From: an uncultured bacterium
GTDB lineage: Bacteria > Zixibacteria > MSB-5A5 > UBA10806
Length of the DNA stretch: 64,000 nt
Direction: 5' to 3'
NCBI GenBank assembly: GCA_965541585.1
Contig: CBEUCH010000005.1
Coordinates: forward strand, 64,001-128,000
Shown: positions 31,077 to 40,539 of the stretch, piece after piece
Position numbering within the stretch: position 1 is the first letter of the stretch
Layout: the number at the start of each line of letters is the position of its first letter
The notes under the pieces: generated by a model
Seen by the model: the letters and a program-made list of their open reading frames with translations, nothing else
The model's database searches: none
What the model was told of the DNA's origin: nothing
Made by a program: the position numbers and the translations under genes

Positions 31077-31436
31077 CTACTTTGTCGATGCACCCCCATT
31101 GGAAATTGTAAATCCTGCTATCATTGCTGCAGTATCTTCCCCATTTTCAAAAGTCACTACCGAACCATTGTCATTTCCGTAAACAATCGTCTGCGAAATA
31201 TACGTCGTATCCCCTGTAGTCAAAAACAGCGAGCCTGACACTATGTTATGCCCGTTGAAATTGATGTTCTCCACATAGGTCCCCGGCTGAACCAGCACGG
31301 TGTCGCCGTCGTTGGTAGCATCTATTCCCTCTTGAATGGTGGCGTAAACGTCAGGAATGTTTATAATCGTAGCTAAAGCAGACAAAAAGGTCGTGGCAAC
31401 GAAAACCGAGGCAAGAACAATAACAAATCTCATCAT
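31077..31436 (-). pseudogene. Probably truncated 5' fragment of a large secreted beta-helix protein
   Basis: IINIP..YATIQEGID....GDTVLVQPGTYVENINF.G...GSVVTFENGE...GFTI.NG is normally the start of much longer proteins. Here it stops right after that motif. Confidence 0.6.
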
Positions 31437-31548
31437 ATCCTCCCAGCGAGGTATTTATCCTTGATGCAGATCGCAGATGAAAATTACACTTATACAACAT
31501 AGATACAAAATTCCATGTAAATGTCAAGGGGTTTTGAGCAATAAAAAA

Positions 31549-31621
<73 letters not shown>

Positions 31622-31679
31622 GTCTCAGGTCTCTATTTTGGCATCAATATATGGGTCATTTAAGCGGCGGTCAAGATAT

Positions 31680-32450
31680 TCATTCCCGGAAGTAATGAGG
31701 CGGATAGAAAGCATATTCGATAGTGGCACTAACCTCAGAATCGAGGCGATTGATTCTCCTAACCGTCAACACCCCCGTACCATGCTTGGCGTTGACCGCA
31801 ATTTCGATTCCCTCCCTGATCCCGATCGTATCGTCAGTAATTGCCGGATCGCCGCTTCTGGTAAATAATGTCTTTCGCAGCCCTGCACCAAGCCTGCTGG
31901 GTGATGATAACCCCACAACATTGTCTCTTGAATAAAGATAAAGATCGCATCGACGGTCCCTGGCGGGAACCGATATCTCATGGTCGAAGCTGAAACCTCC
32001 GTTGTCGGCCGAATGGTTATCGGAAATTATAAACTCACCTTTTGCCAGAGGCATAAATTCCATCTCGTTGGACTGCTTCGATTCCGAACCATCGGGGGCC
32101 ACCGTGCGGACGGTCAGATGGTAGGTCCATCCATTCTCCAGGCCGGTGATCTCGAATGATTCCCTGGTAATGTCGCCATCGGTATCACCTGGATAGGGAG
32201 TGCTATTGTAGAGCTCCGCATGAGATTTATGCCAGTCCGGGAATCTTCCATTCAGGGGTTTCCGGGATAGATATACATTATAGCCTGAAATTAATTGCCC
32301 TTCCCTGCGGTTCACCGACCAGCGTATGATCGCCCCTTTGCTGATCGTATGGACCTTCAAATCATATGGCGATGGAATACGCCCCGATTCTCTCGGTCCG
32401 GGAATACAGCTCAGGGAGGCAATGGTCAACCAGAGGCCGACAATCGTCAA
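31680..32450 (-). CDS. Lipoprotein with fibronectin type III-like domain
   Basis: Lipobox LSC; GYNVY, ITGLENG.TY..VR.V..DG.ES..SNE. Confidence 0.7.
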   Translation of the reverse strand: MTIVGLWLTIASLSCIPGPRESGRIPSPYDLKVHTISKGAIIRWSVNRREGQLISGYNVYLSRKPLNGRFPDWHKSHAELYNSTPYPGDTDGDITRESFEITGLENGWTYHLTVRTVAPDGSESKQSNEMEFMPLAKGEFIISDNHSADNGGFSFDHEISVPARDRRCDLYLYSRDNVVGLSSPSRLGAGLRKTLFTRSGDPAITDDTIGIREGIEIAVNAKHGTGVLTVRRINRLDSEVSATIEYAFYPPHYFRE

Positions 32451-32454
32451 CTTC

Positions 32455-33180
32455 CTAACGGAAATAATAGACCACTCCTGCGCTCAACTGCGAGATATCA
32501 TGTTCGATCCTGAATTTGCTTAAGAATCTCGGGGGCTCAAAAGCTCGCAGGTTCCCGGAGCCTTTATACCATCTACCCTTGATATTGATCCAGATTTTGC
32601 GTGTCACCCTGACAAAAGTCCCGGCCTCAAAATGGCCTCCGACGGACGATCCCGTATCGCGATAAGCATCCTGACGAAAACCGTCGTTTATAAAATCGTC
32701 CAGCCGCATTGCGAAAATCGATATCCCGATCCCCACGTAGGGAACGACAGGCTGCCGGACTGAGAAATCGAGGAGAACGGGGATGGTGGCGGAGAATATG
32801 CCCACCTGGTATTCTAACTCATGCTGCAGGAGTGGCGTGCCCTGAGTCGGATAATTATTATTGACTATATCGCCGCTGGATTTTAGCCGGTAGACCGAAA
32901 AACCGACGTCCAGAGCAAAGTTCGGATAAAAGCGGTAAAAATATCCGGCCCCCATAACTGGCGCACTGCCGAATCTGTCTATCTTATCGACGGTATTATT
33001 AAACCGCACACTGTATGTGTCATTGATGAAGTCGAAGAAATCGGCGAAAGCGGGGCCGTTTACCACGCCGATGTTTCCATAGAATCCCTCGGTGAACACT
33101 CTTTCTCTGGTAGATTCAGGCTGGCTGGCCGCGGAAGCCACAAAAAAGAAAAAACTCGCAATCAGCACCAAGCTCTTCAT
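32455..33180 (-). CDS. Outer-membrane beta-barrel protein (OmpW-like)
   Basis: Signal peptide MKSLVLIAS, PYVGIG strand, C-terminal GVVYYF. Likely start 33180. Confidence 0.7.
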   Translation of the reverse strand: MKSLVLIASFFFFVASAASQPESTRERVFTEGFYGNIGVVNGPAFADFFDFINDTYSVRFNNTVDKIDRFGSAPVMGAGYFYRFYPNFALDVGFSVYRLKSSGDIVNNNYPTQGTPLLQHELEYQVGIFSATIPVLLDFSVRQPVVPYVGIGISIFAMRLDDFINDGFRQDAYRDTGSSVGGHFEAGTFVRVTRKIWINIKGRWYKGSGNLRAFEPPRFLSKFRIEHDISQLSAGVVYYFR

Positions 33181-33402
33181 GCGGGGGAATCTATCGGATA
33201 TGTTTTTGAAAATCAACTTAAAAAATCTTGATGATGCACAGACATAAAGCGAGATTCTCTCGGAAAATATCCAGAATAAAAGAGGGAACATGGAAGAATT
33301 AAGAGAATGACTACAGGTCAAATAGTCTATCCATTGCTATTGCTGAAGAGAGACGACTATTAGAACAAAACAGTCGCCTAACAAACCTGATGCATTATCA
33401 AA

Positions 33403-36246
33403 TCAGCGCAAGAGGATCATCCGTCGCGAGATCGAATCCTCATCGAGCATAAGGCGGTAGAAATAGACACCCGATGGCAGGTCGCTGCCGCCCCAGGTGA
33501 CGAAATGATTGCCCGCCGGGTATTCGCCGTCGGCCAGGACCTCGACCTTCTGGCCCAGAACATTGTACACAGCCAGATGTATTCGAGCATTTCCGTTAAG
33601 CCTGAACCTGATTTTAGTCTCAGCATTGAAGGGATTGGGGTAATTCTGAGAGAGAAACGCCGAGGGCAGGGAACTTGCCCCGCCGATCTCCACTATTTCG
33701 GTCCTCTGCTCGCCAAACATATCCATGGCCGTGATAAACAGATCTCTGGCGGGGGTATCACCCATAGGGTAGATTGGAAACGTCAGGTAAACCGTTTTAG
33801 AATTATCATACTCGACATAAATCCCGACCGGCCGGCCGTCGAAAAGCGTATCCCCGGAGGCCGATATATATTCGTAGATCGGTGCGGAGCCCTCATTCAG
33901 ATCCATGACATCAATTGCGATCAGGAGCCCATCCCATGCCGGTAACACTCTTTCGGGGATGATGTTTAGATCCGGCCATCCCTCAACACCCCTGGCTCCG
34001 GAAAAATCGGGGCTCAAAGTGGTATTGACACTGTTAATCGATAGATATTCGAAAGGAAAGCTCCCTTCCTCAAAATCCAGCGGTCGCCCCATGCCGTAAC
34101 CGATAAAAGAGCGCCATCCGGCGAAGAATAAATTGCCTCCAGCCTCCAGGTAATCAGCCAGATGCCGATCGATTTCGGCCAGATACTGGTTGGTCGGATC
34201 ATCATCCACCCAGACCAGCGTCGAATAGGGGCCCAGATCGTTGATCCTCAACAGCCCTTCGTCAGCGACATCATGGAAGGTTATCTGGTACCCCTCCGAT
34301 ATAAACTCATAAAACAGATTCTGTTCCTCGTCGGTGGGATTTCCCTGACCTCCTGAGAAATCACGGGTCTCGTCGACAAAGAGAATACCCGAATCAAGAC
34401 TGATTATCTTGCCATAATCATCTGGCGAGGGCTCGCTTTCAAGCCCCGTGGTATCTACCTGCGTGACGTAGTAGTAATAGCGCAAATTCGACTGGAGGTC
34501 CTCATCGACATATTCCTCGCCGTCATATACCTGATGATATGCTTGATAATCGCCCTCCTGACCGATTCTCCTGTATACCTGATAGTAATCGAAATCGAGT
34601 TCGGGGGTAGTAACCCACTGGATTCGCAATTGCTCCGGCTCGGGTATCACGAACAGTGTATCCGGTCTTATGGGAACGCTGCTTGTGGTAAGCTGCACAA
34701 ATTCATCTATCAGGCTCCGGCCACCGTCGGCCGTAAAACCGGCGATCCCGAAATAATAGGTGGTGCTCTCATCGAGATTAAAGACGGTGTCAGCAGCCGC
34801 ATAGGAGGTATCATAAAGCGAAACGTCGTCCTCGGATGTTCCGAGGTACACCTCGTATCCTATAATCTCCACATCGGGCGATGGATCCCACTGAAGGTAA
34901 ACTGTATGGCCATCACCCGCGTTGAACGCTTCCAGACCCGTTATGGGAGCAGGCGCCTCCAGTGCTATGAGAAGCATGCCCAGATTGGACCTTGCGATCT
35001 CGGTCGCGTACTCCACGTCAATATTATCAATTATGTCGGTTTGCTGATGCCAGTTGGGTGAAAAATCGCTTTCCGCCGAATACACCGTCCGAATTCCTGC
35101 CTGATCGAATGGAAAATGATCCGAGCCGGAGAAATGACCAACATAGATCTCCGGTATCAGATACGTATATTCTTCGGCGATCTCCTCCAGGACTCTCCCA
35201 TAGGCAAGTCCGCCCTCGTTGCAATTTATATCGAAATTCAGGTAGCCGTCCGCTACATTGCCGATCATGTCGGCGTTTATCATCAATCCGATATCCTCTC
35301 CCCTCTGGAGAGCATCCGCAACATAAGCCCAGCTTCCTATCAGCCCTTGCTCTTCGGCCCCAAAGGTAATGAAGCGGACCGATTGCTTGAAAGGCGTATC
35401 GGCCAGCACCCGGGCTATTTCCATAGTCATAGCAGTGCCGCTGCCATTGTCATCGGCCCCGGGAGCAAATACGTTGGGGTCGCCGCCGTCATAGACCACT
35501 GCATCGCAATGGCCTCCCAGAATCAAAAACCTGTCAGGGTGAATCTCACCGACCTTGCTGGCGATCACATTGCGGGAATAGTTGCATTGCCATCCGGTAG
35601 GAAATTCTTGAAACGCTACGTCCTCGTATCCCCAGGATACAAATCTATCGTAAATCCACTGGCTGGCGGTCCAGAATGAATCGGTGCAGGTATACCGCGT
35701 ATGAAAATCCTGTAATCGTTGAATATATGCCCTGACCGAATCGACCGAGACGAGCGCCATTAGAGAATCTATATCGGTTGTTAGCGACTCCCGCGACCGC
35801 GGTTTCGCAGGGACGAAAAATGGCGGATCAGAAGGCAGGTCAATTCTCTGACATCTGGACAGACTGATCCCCGAGGCCATGAGATTTTGCGCCTCCCCGT
35901 ACGATAATTTAAGAAGCCGGAAATTGGGAGTACTCAATAGCAGGCCCGGCGGCTGGGATCGATCCTCGTCCCGTCCGCTCACCCACAACTTTTCGATATC
36001 GGGCGATCGATCAACCAGCACGGCCGAATCATCTATAGACTTTAAGCGATCCAGATTACCGTCTCTTAGCAGAGCTACAGCCCGATTATCCAATTTTGCA
36101 ATTACAATAAGATCGCATACGTTTCTTGCCGCCGATATCTTCGCCCTGTCGAATGCGATGAGATTCTCGGCAGCCCGACCGGGAGCCGCTACAACACAAA
36201 CCCCGACTGTGGCCAGCAACAAGTAAAGACCAAGCCTTCTAATCAT
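33403..36246 (-). CDS. Secreted M28 family metallopeptidase with FN3 domains and NYPNPFN-type C-terminal domain
   Basis: GGHCD, GADDNGSG, AEEQGLIGS, DMIG, SDH, WHQ..D; C-terminal SQNYPNPFNAET...SGVYFYRL. Confidence 0.9.
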   Translation of the reverse strand: MIRRLGLYLLLATVGVCVVAAPGRAAENLIAFDRAKISAARNVCDLIVIAKLDNRAVALLRDGNLDRLKSIDDSAVLVDRSPDIEKLWVSGRDEDRSQPPGLLLSTPNFRLLKLSYGEAQNLMASGISLSRCQRIDLPSDPPFFVPAKPRSRESLTTDIDSLMALVSVDSVRAYIQRLQDFHTRYTCTDSFWTASQWIYDRFVSWGYEDVAFQEFPTGWQCNYSRNVIASKVGEIHPDRFLILGGHCDAVVYDGGDPNVFAPGADDNGSGTAMTMEIARVLADTPFKQSVRFITFGAEEQGLIGSWAYVADALQRGEDIGLMINADMIGNVADGYLNFDINCNEGGLAYGRVLEEIAEEYTYLIPEIYVGHFSGSDHFPFDQAGIRTVYSAESDFSPNWHQQTDIIDNIDVEYATEIARSNLGMLLIALEAPAPITGLEAFNAGDGHTVYLQWDPSPDVEIIGYEVYLGTSEDDVSLYDTSYAAADTVFNLDESTTYYFGIAGFTADGGRSLIDEFVQLTTSSVPIRPDTLFVIPEPEQLRIQWVTTPELDFDYYQVYRRIGQEGDYQAYHQVYDGEEYVDEDLQSNLRYYYYVTQVDTTGLESEPSPDDYGKIISLDSGILFVDETRDFSGGQGNPTDEEQNLFYEFISEGYQITFHDVADEGLLRINDLGPYSTLVWVDDDPTNQYLAEIDRHLADYLEAGGNLFFAGWRSFIGYGMGRPLDFEEGSFPFEYLSINSVNTTLSPDFSGARGVEGWPDLNIIPERVLPAWDGLLIAIDVMDLNEGSAPIYEYISASGDTLFDGRPVGIYVEYDNSKTVYLTFPIYPMGDTPARDLFITAMDMFGEQRTEIVEIGGASSLPSAFLSQNYPNPFNAETKIRFRLNGNARIHLAVYNVLGQKVEVLADGEYPAGNHFVTWGGSDLPSGVYFYRLMLDEDSISRRMILLR

Positions 36247-36483
36247 TGTATATCCTTTTTTCAGCACAAATCCTTAGCTTTTGCGCTCGATAAATCCCCC
36301 TTAACGTTTGTCAACCTCGGCCCATCAGAATCCAGCCATTTTTCGCCGGCGGGCCGCTAATTACACTTTACAATTAGATAATATAATAGGTTTCCAGATT
36401 TGTCAAACAAAAATGATCACTTGGACCTATATCATATCGGCGAATATCCATGTTGTCTCGGTTTTTGAAAATATCTGATTTTT

Positions 36484-36511
36484 AAATCCCGGGATTTGTC
36501 TCCCGGGATTT
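36484..36511. terminator. Hairpin downstream of the ArsR microprotein cluster
   Basis: AAATCCCGGGA-tttgtc-TCCCGGGATTT perfect IR. Confidence 0.6.
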
Positions 36512-36578
36512 GGATGACTATTTGCGGGGAAATTATCCAACGAATAACCGTGGGGGCAGTTTTGCGTCATGCCCGGGA

Positions 36579-36638
36579 CTAAGGACTGCAGCCTTCGCTG
36601 CAATGAGCGATTCTGGGAATGCCAAATCTACGCATCAT
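36579..36638 (-). CDS. Putative 19-aa peptide MMRRFGIPRIAHCSEGCSP
   Basis: Strong RBS GAGGAGG just upstream and an HCxxxC motif. Very short and not in the ORF track. Confidence 0.35.
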   Translation of the reverse strand: MMRRFGIPRIAHCSEGCSP

Positions 36639-36693
36639 ATCCTCCTCGTTAAAGGGTGATCTCCACTGAACATACCAGCTTCCGGAGATTACC

Positions 36694-36864
36694 TCAGTCT
36701 TTCTTCTCCTTCTCAGGGGGACAGCAATCCATTTTGACCGTCTTCCCCGCTCCAAACATCGGCATGCAGCATGAAAACGAATCCTTCAATTTTTTGCCGG
36801 TCACCTCGATCCGAAAACCGTCATCGGTTTCGGTAACTTTGATTTGTCCGTGTTCCTTCTCCAT
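36694..36864 (-). CDS. 56-aa protein with two CC pairs (putative metal-binding)
   Basis: RBS AAGGAGGTG; MEKEHGQIKVTETDDGFRIEVTGKKLKDSFSCCMPMFGAGKTVKMDCCPPEKEKKD. Not in the ORF track. Confidence 0.75.
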   Translation of the reverse strand: MEKEHGQIKVTETDDGFRIEVTGKKLKDSFSCCMPMFGAGKTVKMDCCPPEKEKKD

Positions 36865-36892
36865 CCAATTCACCTCCTTTTATTACCGCTCT

Positions 36893-36910
36893 TGCATATA
36901 TATATATGCA
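36893..36910. promoter_or_regulatory. Palindrome, possible ArsR operator
   Basis: TGCATATATATATATGCA perfect 18-bp palindrome upstream of the CC protein; low complexity. Confidence 0.4.
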
Positions 36911-36940
36911 CATATAACGATAAATGTTCCAAAAAAATAA

Positions 36941-37252
36941 CTATTTTTTGCTTTTTTTTCGCTTTCCGGCCCTCGGTACCGGAATATCCAGGCAATCGCA
37001 GAAGCCGATACAGCATATTTCCACATTCTTCTTTATCAGGCTATAGTACACTTTTTGCTTATCGCGGCGGTCAATGACGATTCCCGCTTCCCTGAGGATG
37101 GCGAGATGACGGCTCACGGTCGGTTGAGACAGCCCGATGGCACTGGTTATGTCGTTGACTGTCATCTCCTTAGATGATAAAAGCGTGACGATCCGCAGCC
37201 GCGAAAGATCGCCGAAAGCTTTGAAATATTTGCTGAATACCTTTTCGTCCAT
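36941..37252 (-). CDS. ArsR/SmtB family transcriptional repressor with Cys-rich C-terminus
   Basis: FKAFGD.SRLRIV.LL, LSQPTVSRHLAILREAG, VYYSL; CC..FCDC tail. Confidence 0.92.
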   Translation of the reverse strand: MDEKVFSKYFKAFGDLSRLRIVTLLSSKEMTVNDITSAIGLSQPTVSRHLAILREAGIVIDRRDKQKVYYSLIKKNVEICCIGFCDCLDIPVPRAGKRKKSKK

Positions 37253-37305
37253 CTCAAAAACCGTCTGCCACGTTTAAAGTGATCTCCGCCCAATTAATTA
37301 CATCT

Positions 37306-37321
37306 ACATATAATTATATGT
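37306..37321. promoter_or_regulatory. Palindrome upstream of the ArsR gene, possible autoregulatory operator
   Basis: ACATATAATTATATGT perfect 16-bp palindrome downstream of a minus-strand TTGACA. Confidence 0.5.
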
Positions 37322-37398
37322 GTATAGGCAAATGTTCCCGATGTCAAAGAGTTTTTCGGTTGTTAACGGAAATTGAAATGTCGTCCCGCGAGCCGGAA

Positions 37399-38109
37399 TC
37401 AAAACTCATAGCCCAGACCTAATCTCAGAGAGGTGCCGCCGATATTCAAATCCCGCAGTTCAAGACTCCTGTCTGAATCGGATATTGCCAACTCCCAGTC
37501 CGATTCGGCATATTCATATCCTAGTTCGCCGTTGAGAAAAATATTTCCGATCAGAGCATAATCGAAGCCGGCTAAGAAACTAATAGTGATAGGAGTTGTC
37601 GTTTCATCCCGCAGAGATTCCCCCAGGGGCGGACTCCACCCGCCGGTCGTCTCCTGTTCCCATTCCGCAATATATAGCCCCGGTCCTATTCCAATGTAAG
37701 GGGCGAAACTCGAATTATTCCCCGCAAGTTTATGGATTAGAATCAGCTCGATCGAGTAGACTTTAAGCTCACCTTTATACTCCAATATCTCCCAGATTTG
37801 TCCCCGGATTTGGGCTTCCCTGGTAAGCGAGCGCGTCCCCAGACCCAATCGAAGCCCCCACCGGGGGAAACAATATGCAGCCTGCAGGCCGAAATCGATT
37901 CCGTCGCCGAAACCCATACTCCCGCCGTACCATTGCCAACGGTATGGCTGCCCTGGCGTTTCCGCCGGTCCCTGAATAAGCCAGTCCTGTGGCGCGAAAT
38001 GACCTATTCGAATACCGATCCTCATACGCCCCTCTGATGCAGAAGCGCTCAATGCTGATACTGACAGCAAAAGCAGTACCGGAATAATAAAGCGCGACAA
38101 TTTATTCAT
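37399..38109 (-). CDS. Outer-membrane beta-barrel protein (paralog 1)
   Basis: Signal peptide, PYIGIG, terminal LRLGLGYEF. Confidence 0.75.
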   Translation of the reverse strand: MNKLSRFIIPVLLLLSVSALSASASEGRMRIGIRIGHFAPQDWLIQGPAETPGQPYRWQWYGGSMGFGDGIDFGLQAAYCFPRWGLRLGLGTRSLTREAQIRGQIWEILEYKGELKVYSIELILIHKLAGNNSSFAPYIGIGPGLYIAEWEQETTGGWSPPLGESLRDETTTPITISFLAGFDYALIGNIFLNGELGYEYAESDWELAISDSDRSLELRDLNIGGTSLRLGLGYEF

Positions 38110-38152
38110 ATTATTAACCTCGTTATCATAGAGCCTATCACATCCCGGAATC

Positions 38153-38863
38153 CTAAAAACTATATCCCAGCCCCAGTTTCAAGGAAGTGCCCCCGATATC
38201 GAGATCTCTTATCTTCTCCCTCGCGTCCGTATCCTGGTTTTTCAGCTCCCAATTCAATTCTGCGTAGCTATAGCGGTATTCGAACTGAAGATAAAGATTC
38301 CGCCAGAGATCATAATCGATACCGGTTAGAAAATGGACGCCGAATGGAGCGGACGACCCTTTAAGCCACACTCTGCTATATGAGTAGCTAGACGAATAAC
38401 TGTATTTTTCATCCCAATCGGCAAAATATATTCCGCCGCCGATCCCGAAATAGGGAGAGAAAAAGGTGTTCAGGATATCTGTACGCCGGATAAAACTCAA
38501 CGTAAATGGATTTACTACAAGCCTGTTCTCGTAGCGTGTTTCGGAAGTCTCTGTAATTATATCCAGTTTTCTTTTTATCATCAGGCGCCCGCCGGCGTCG
38601 AATCTCAGTTCCCATTGGCCGAGCCGATATTGGCCATAGAGAATTATATCTATCCCGTTGCCAAAACCCTCAAGATGACCTGAGGAGATTGAGCCATCCT
38701 GATCGCGCGAAATAGAAGTCCATCCCTGAATCTGCCAATGATGCGGGATAAAAGGGCCTATCTGCAGCCCGAATCGATAGAGATTCTCACCCGCAGACAC
38801 ACCGCCGAACGATATGACCATAAAAAATAGACAGAATGACAGGACTGCAAAAGTCTTTCTCAT
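38153..38863 (-). CDS. Outer-membrane beta-barrel protein (paralog 2)
   Basis: Signal peptide, PYFGIG, terminal LKLGLGYSF. Same length (236 aa) as its neighbour. Confidence 0.75.
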   Translation of the reverse strand: MRKTFAVLSFCLFFMVISFGGVSAGENLYRFGLQIGPFIPHHWQIQGWTSISRDQDGSISSGHLEGFGNGIDIILYGQYRLGQWELRFDAGGRLMIKRKLDIITETSETRYENRLVVNPFTLSFIRRTDILNTFFSPYFGIGGGIYFADWDEKYSYSSSYSYSRVWLKGSSAPFGVHFLTGIDYDLWRNLYLQFEYRYSYAELNWELKNQDTDAREKIRDLDIGGTSLKLGLGYSF

Positions 38864-39000
38864 TACTCCCTCCCGCGAGATACCGGGTTTAAAAAAACTG
38901 ACTAATGATGCGTATCAAAGATGTGCTTTTGCACTTCAGCCTAATATATATTACTTATACAAGCCCAACCAGATATTATTCCATATGATACAAAAGAAAA

Positions 39001-39027
39001 GGGGCCGGCGATCAGACCGCCAGCCCC
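39001..39027 (-). terminator. Terminator after citrate synthase
   Basis: GGGGCCGGCG..CGCCAGCCCC followed by TTTTCTTTT on the minus strand. Confidence 0.7.
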
Positions 39028-39053
39028 ATATGAAGCTAAAATGATACGGTCGG

Positions 39054-40334
39054 CTACGCCTGAGGCACCTGCGCCTTGATCCACTTGGTGGTCACGGACT
39101 TCGGACGTTCGATCGCGGTTCCTATGGCGCGGTTGACAATCAACTGCGAGCACATACCCATGGCACGCGAAACCGAGAACAAAACCGTGTAGTATGAGAA
39201 TTCCTTCATACCGAAGTGATACAAGAGGGCACCGGAACCGGCATCGACATTCGGCCACGGATTCTTGGCCTTGCCCTGTTCTCTTAAGACATCGGGAACG
39301 ATGTTGAATACCTTATCCATGATCTGGAAAACCGGATCGTCCGGCATAACCTTTTGACCAAAGGCCCGGAAAGCAACAAAACGGGGGTCGGTTACCCTGA
39401 GTACCGCATGACCATAACCGGGGATGACTTTACCGGAATTCAGGGTATCCCAGGTGAACTTAAGGATCTGATCGTCAGTGGGAACACCTTTGAACTTCTC
39501 ATGTACCATCAGAACCCAGCCTAAGCATTCCTGGTTGGCCAGGCCATGGAGAGGACCCGCCAGGCCGTTCAATCCCGCCGAGACTGCGTAGTATGCATCG
39601 GAAAGAGCCGAGCCGACGCAATGACATGTATGCGCGGAGACATTGCCACCCTCGTGATCGGAATGCAAAACCATATACAACCGCATCAGATCGGCAAACT
39701 TTCCGGTTGGGTCTTTAATACCGAGCATCCGCGCAAAGTTGCCGGCCCAGTCGAGATCCTTTTTTAGCGGGATCCTGTTGCCCTTTTTGAAACGAAGCTT
39801 GTACACCCCTGCCGCCAATCCGGGGAGCCTGGCGATGAGGTTTAATGAGTCCTCTAACGTCGGCATCCAGTAATCGGTCTTTTTCATTCCCTCGGTGTAC
39901 TGTTTTCGAAAAACCGATTCGCGCTCCATAACCAGGATACCGGTATCGAACATAGCCATCGGGTGCGAATCTTTCGGCATCGCCTCCAGGACTTTCCAGA
40001 CGTATGCCGGAACCCGGCCGCGCTCGGCCAGTTCTTTCTGAAGCGATTTCAAACTCGATTCGTCCGGTGATTCTCCCGTTACGAGAAGATAGAAGATCTC
40101 CTCGGGGAGCTTTTCGGTCAATTCGCCAATCGGTATTCCTCTTATCAACAAGCCTTTATCAGGAGGAACCTCAGAGGTATCGCAGACCATGCCCTTAACC
40201 CCCCGCATACCGCCATAGGCCTGGGTTACTGAAACATCGGAAATCTTAAAATCGCCATGAGCTTTTGCAAGAGTCCCGATCTCTTCTCGCCAAGCGGGAA
40301 TAAGAGACGCTAACTTGCTCTTTAACGTCGCCAT
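39054..40334 (-). CDS. gltA: Citrate (Si)-synthase, eukaryote-type
   Basis: YGGMRG, HSDHEGGNVSAH, NGLAGPLHGLANQE, PGYGHAVLR.TDPR, NPWPNVDA.SG, IERPKS. Confidence 0.95.
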   Translation of the reverse strand: MATLKSKLASLIPAWREEIGTLAKAHGDFKISDVSVTQAYGGMRGVKGMVCDTSEVPPDKGLLIRGIPIGELTEKLPEEIFYLLVTGESPDESSLKSLQKELAERGRVPAYVWKVLEAMPKDSHPMAMFDTGILVMERESVFRKQYTEGMKKTDYWMPTLEDSLNLIARLPGLAAGVYKLRFKKGNRIPLKKDLDWAGNFARMLGIKDPTGKFADLMRLYMVLHSDHEGGNVSAHTCHCVGSALSDAYYAVSAGLNGLAGPLHGLANQECLGWVLMVHEKFKGVPTDDQILKFTWDTLNSGKVIPGYGHAVLRVTDPRFVAFRAFGQKVMPDDPVFQIMDKVFNIVPDVLREQGKAKNPWPNVDAGSGALLYHFGMKEFSYYTVLFSVSRAMGMCSQLIVNRAIGTAIERPKSVTTKWIKAQVPQA

Positions 40335-40539
40335 TCGGGTTCTCCTCTCTTTTCTTGTCCGATATCGGGATGTAGAATCTCCTGATTACTTCCCGGACAT
40401 TTCTTGTGATTTATTTCACTTTTAATCGCCAAAAATAATCCGCTGAGCGGATATCCATCAACTACAAATATAAATATTCGGTGAAGTTGATGTCAACAAA
40501 AAACGTGAGCTTCATCCAGAAATGGCCGGGGATCGCAGA

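Noticed and set aside
36893..36910. (AT)n tract as a phase-variable repeat
   Set aside because: Too short; better explained as part of an operator-like palindrome.
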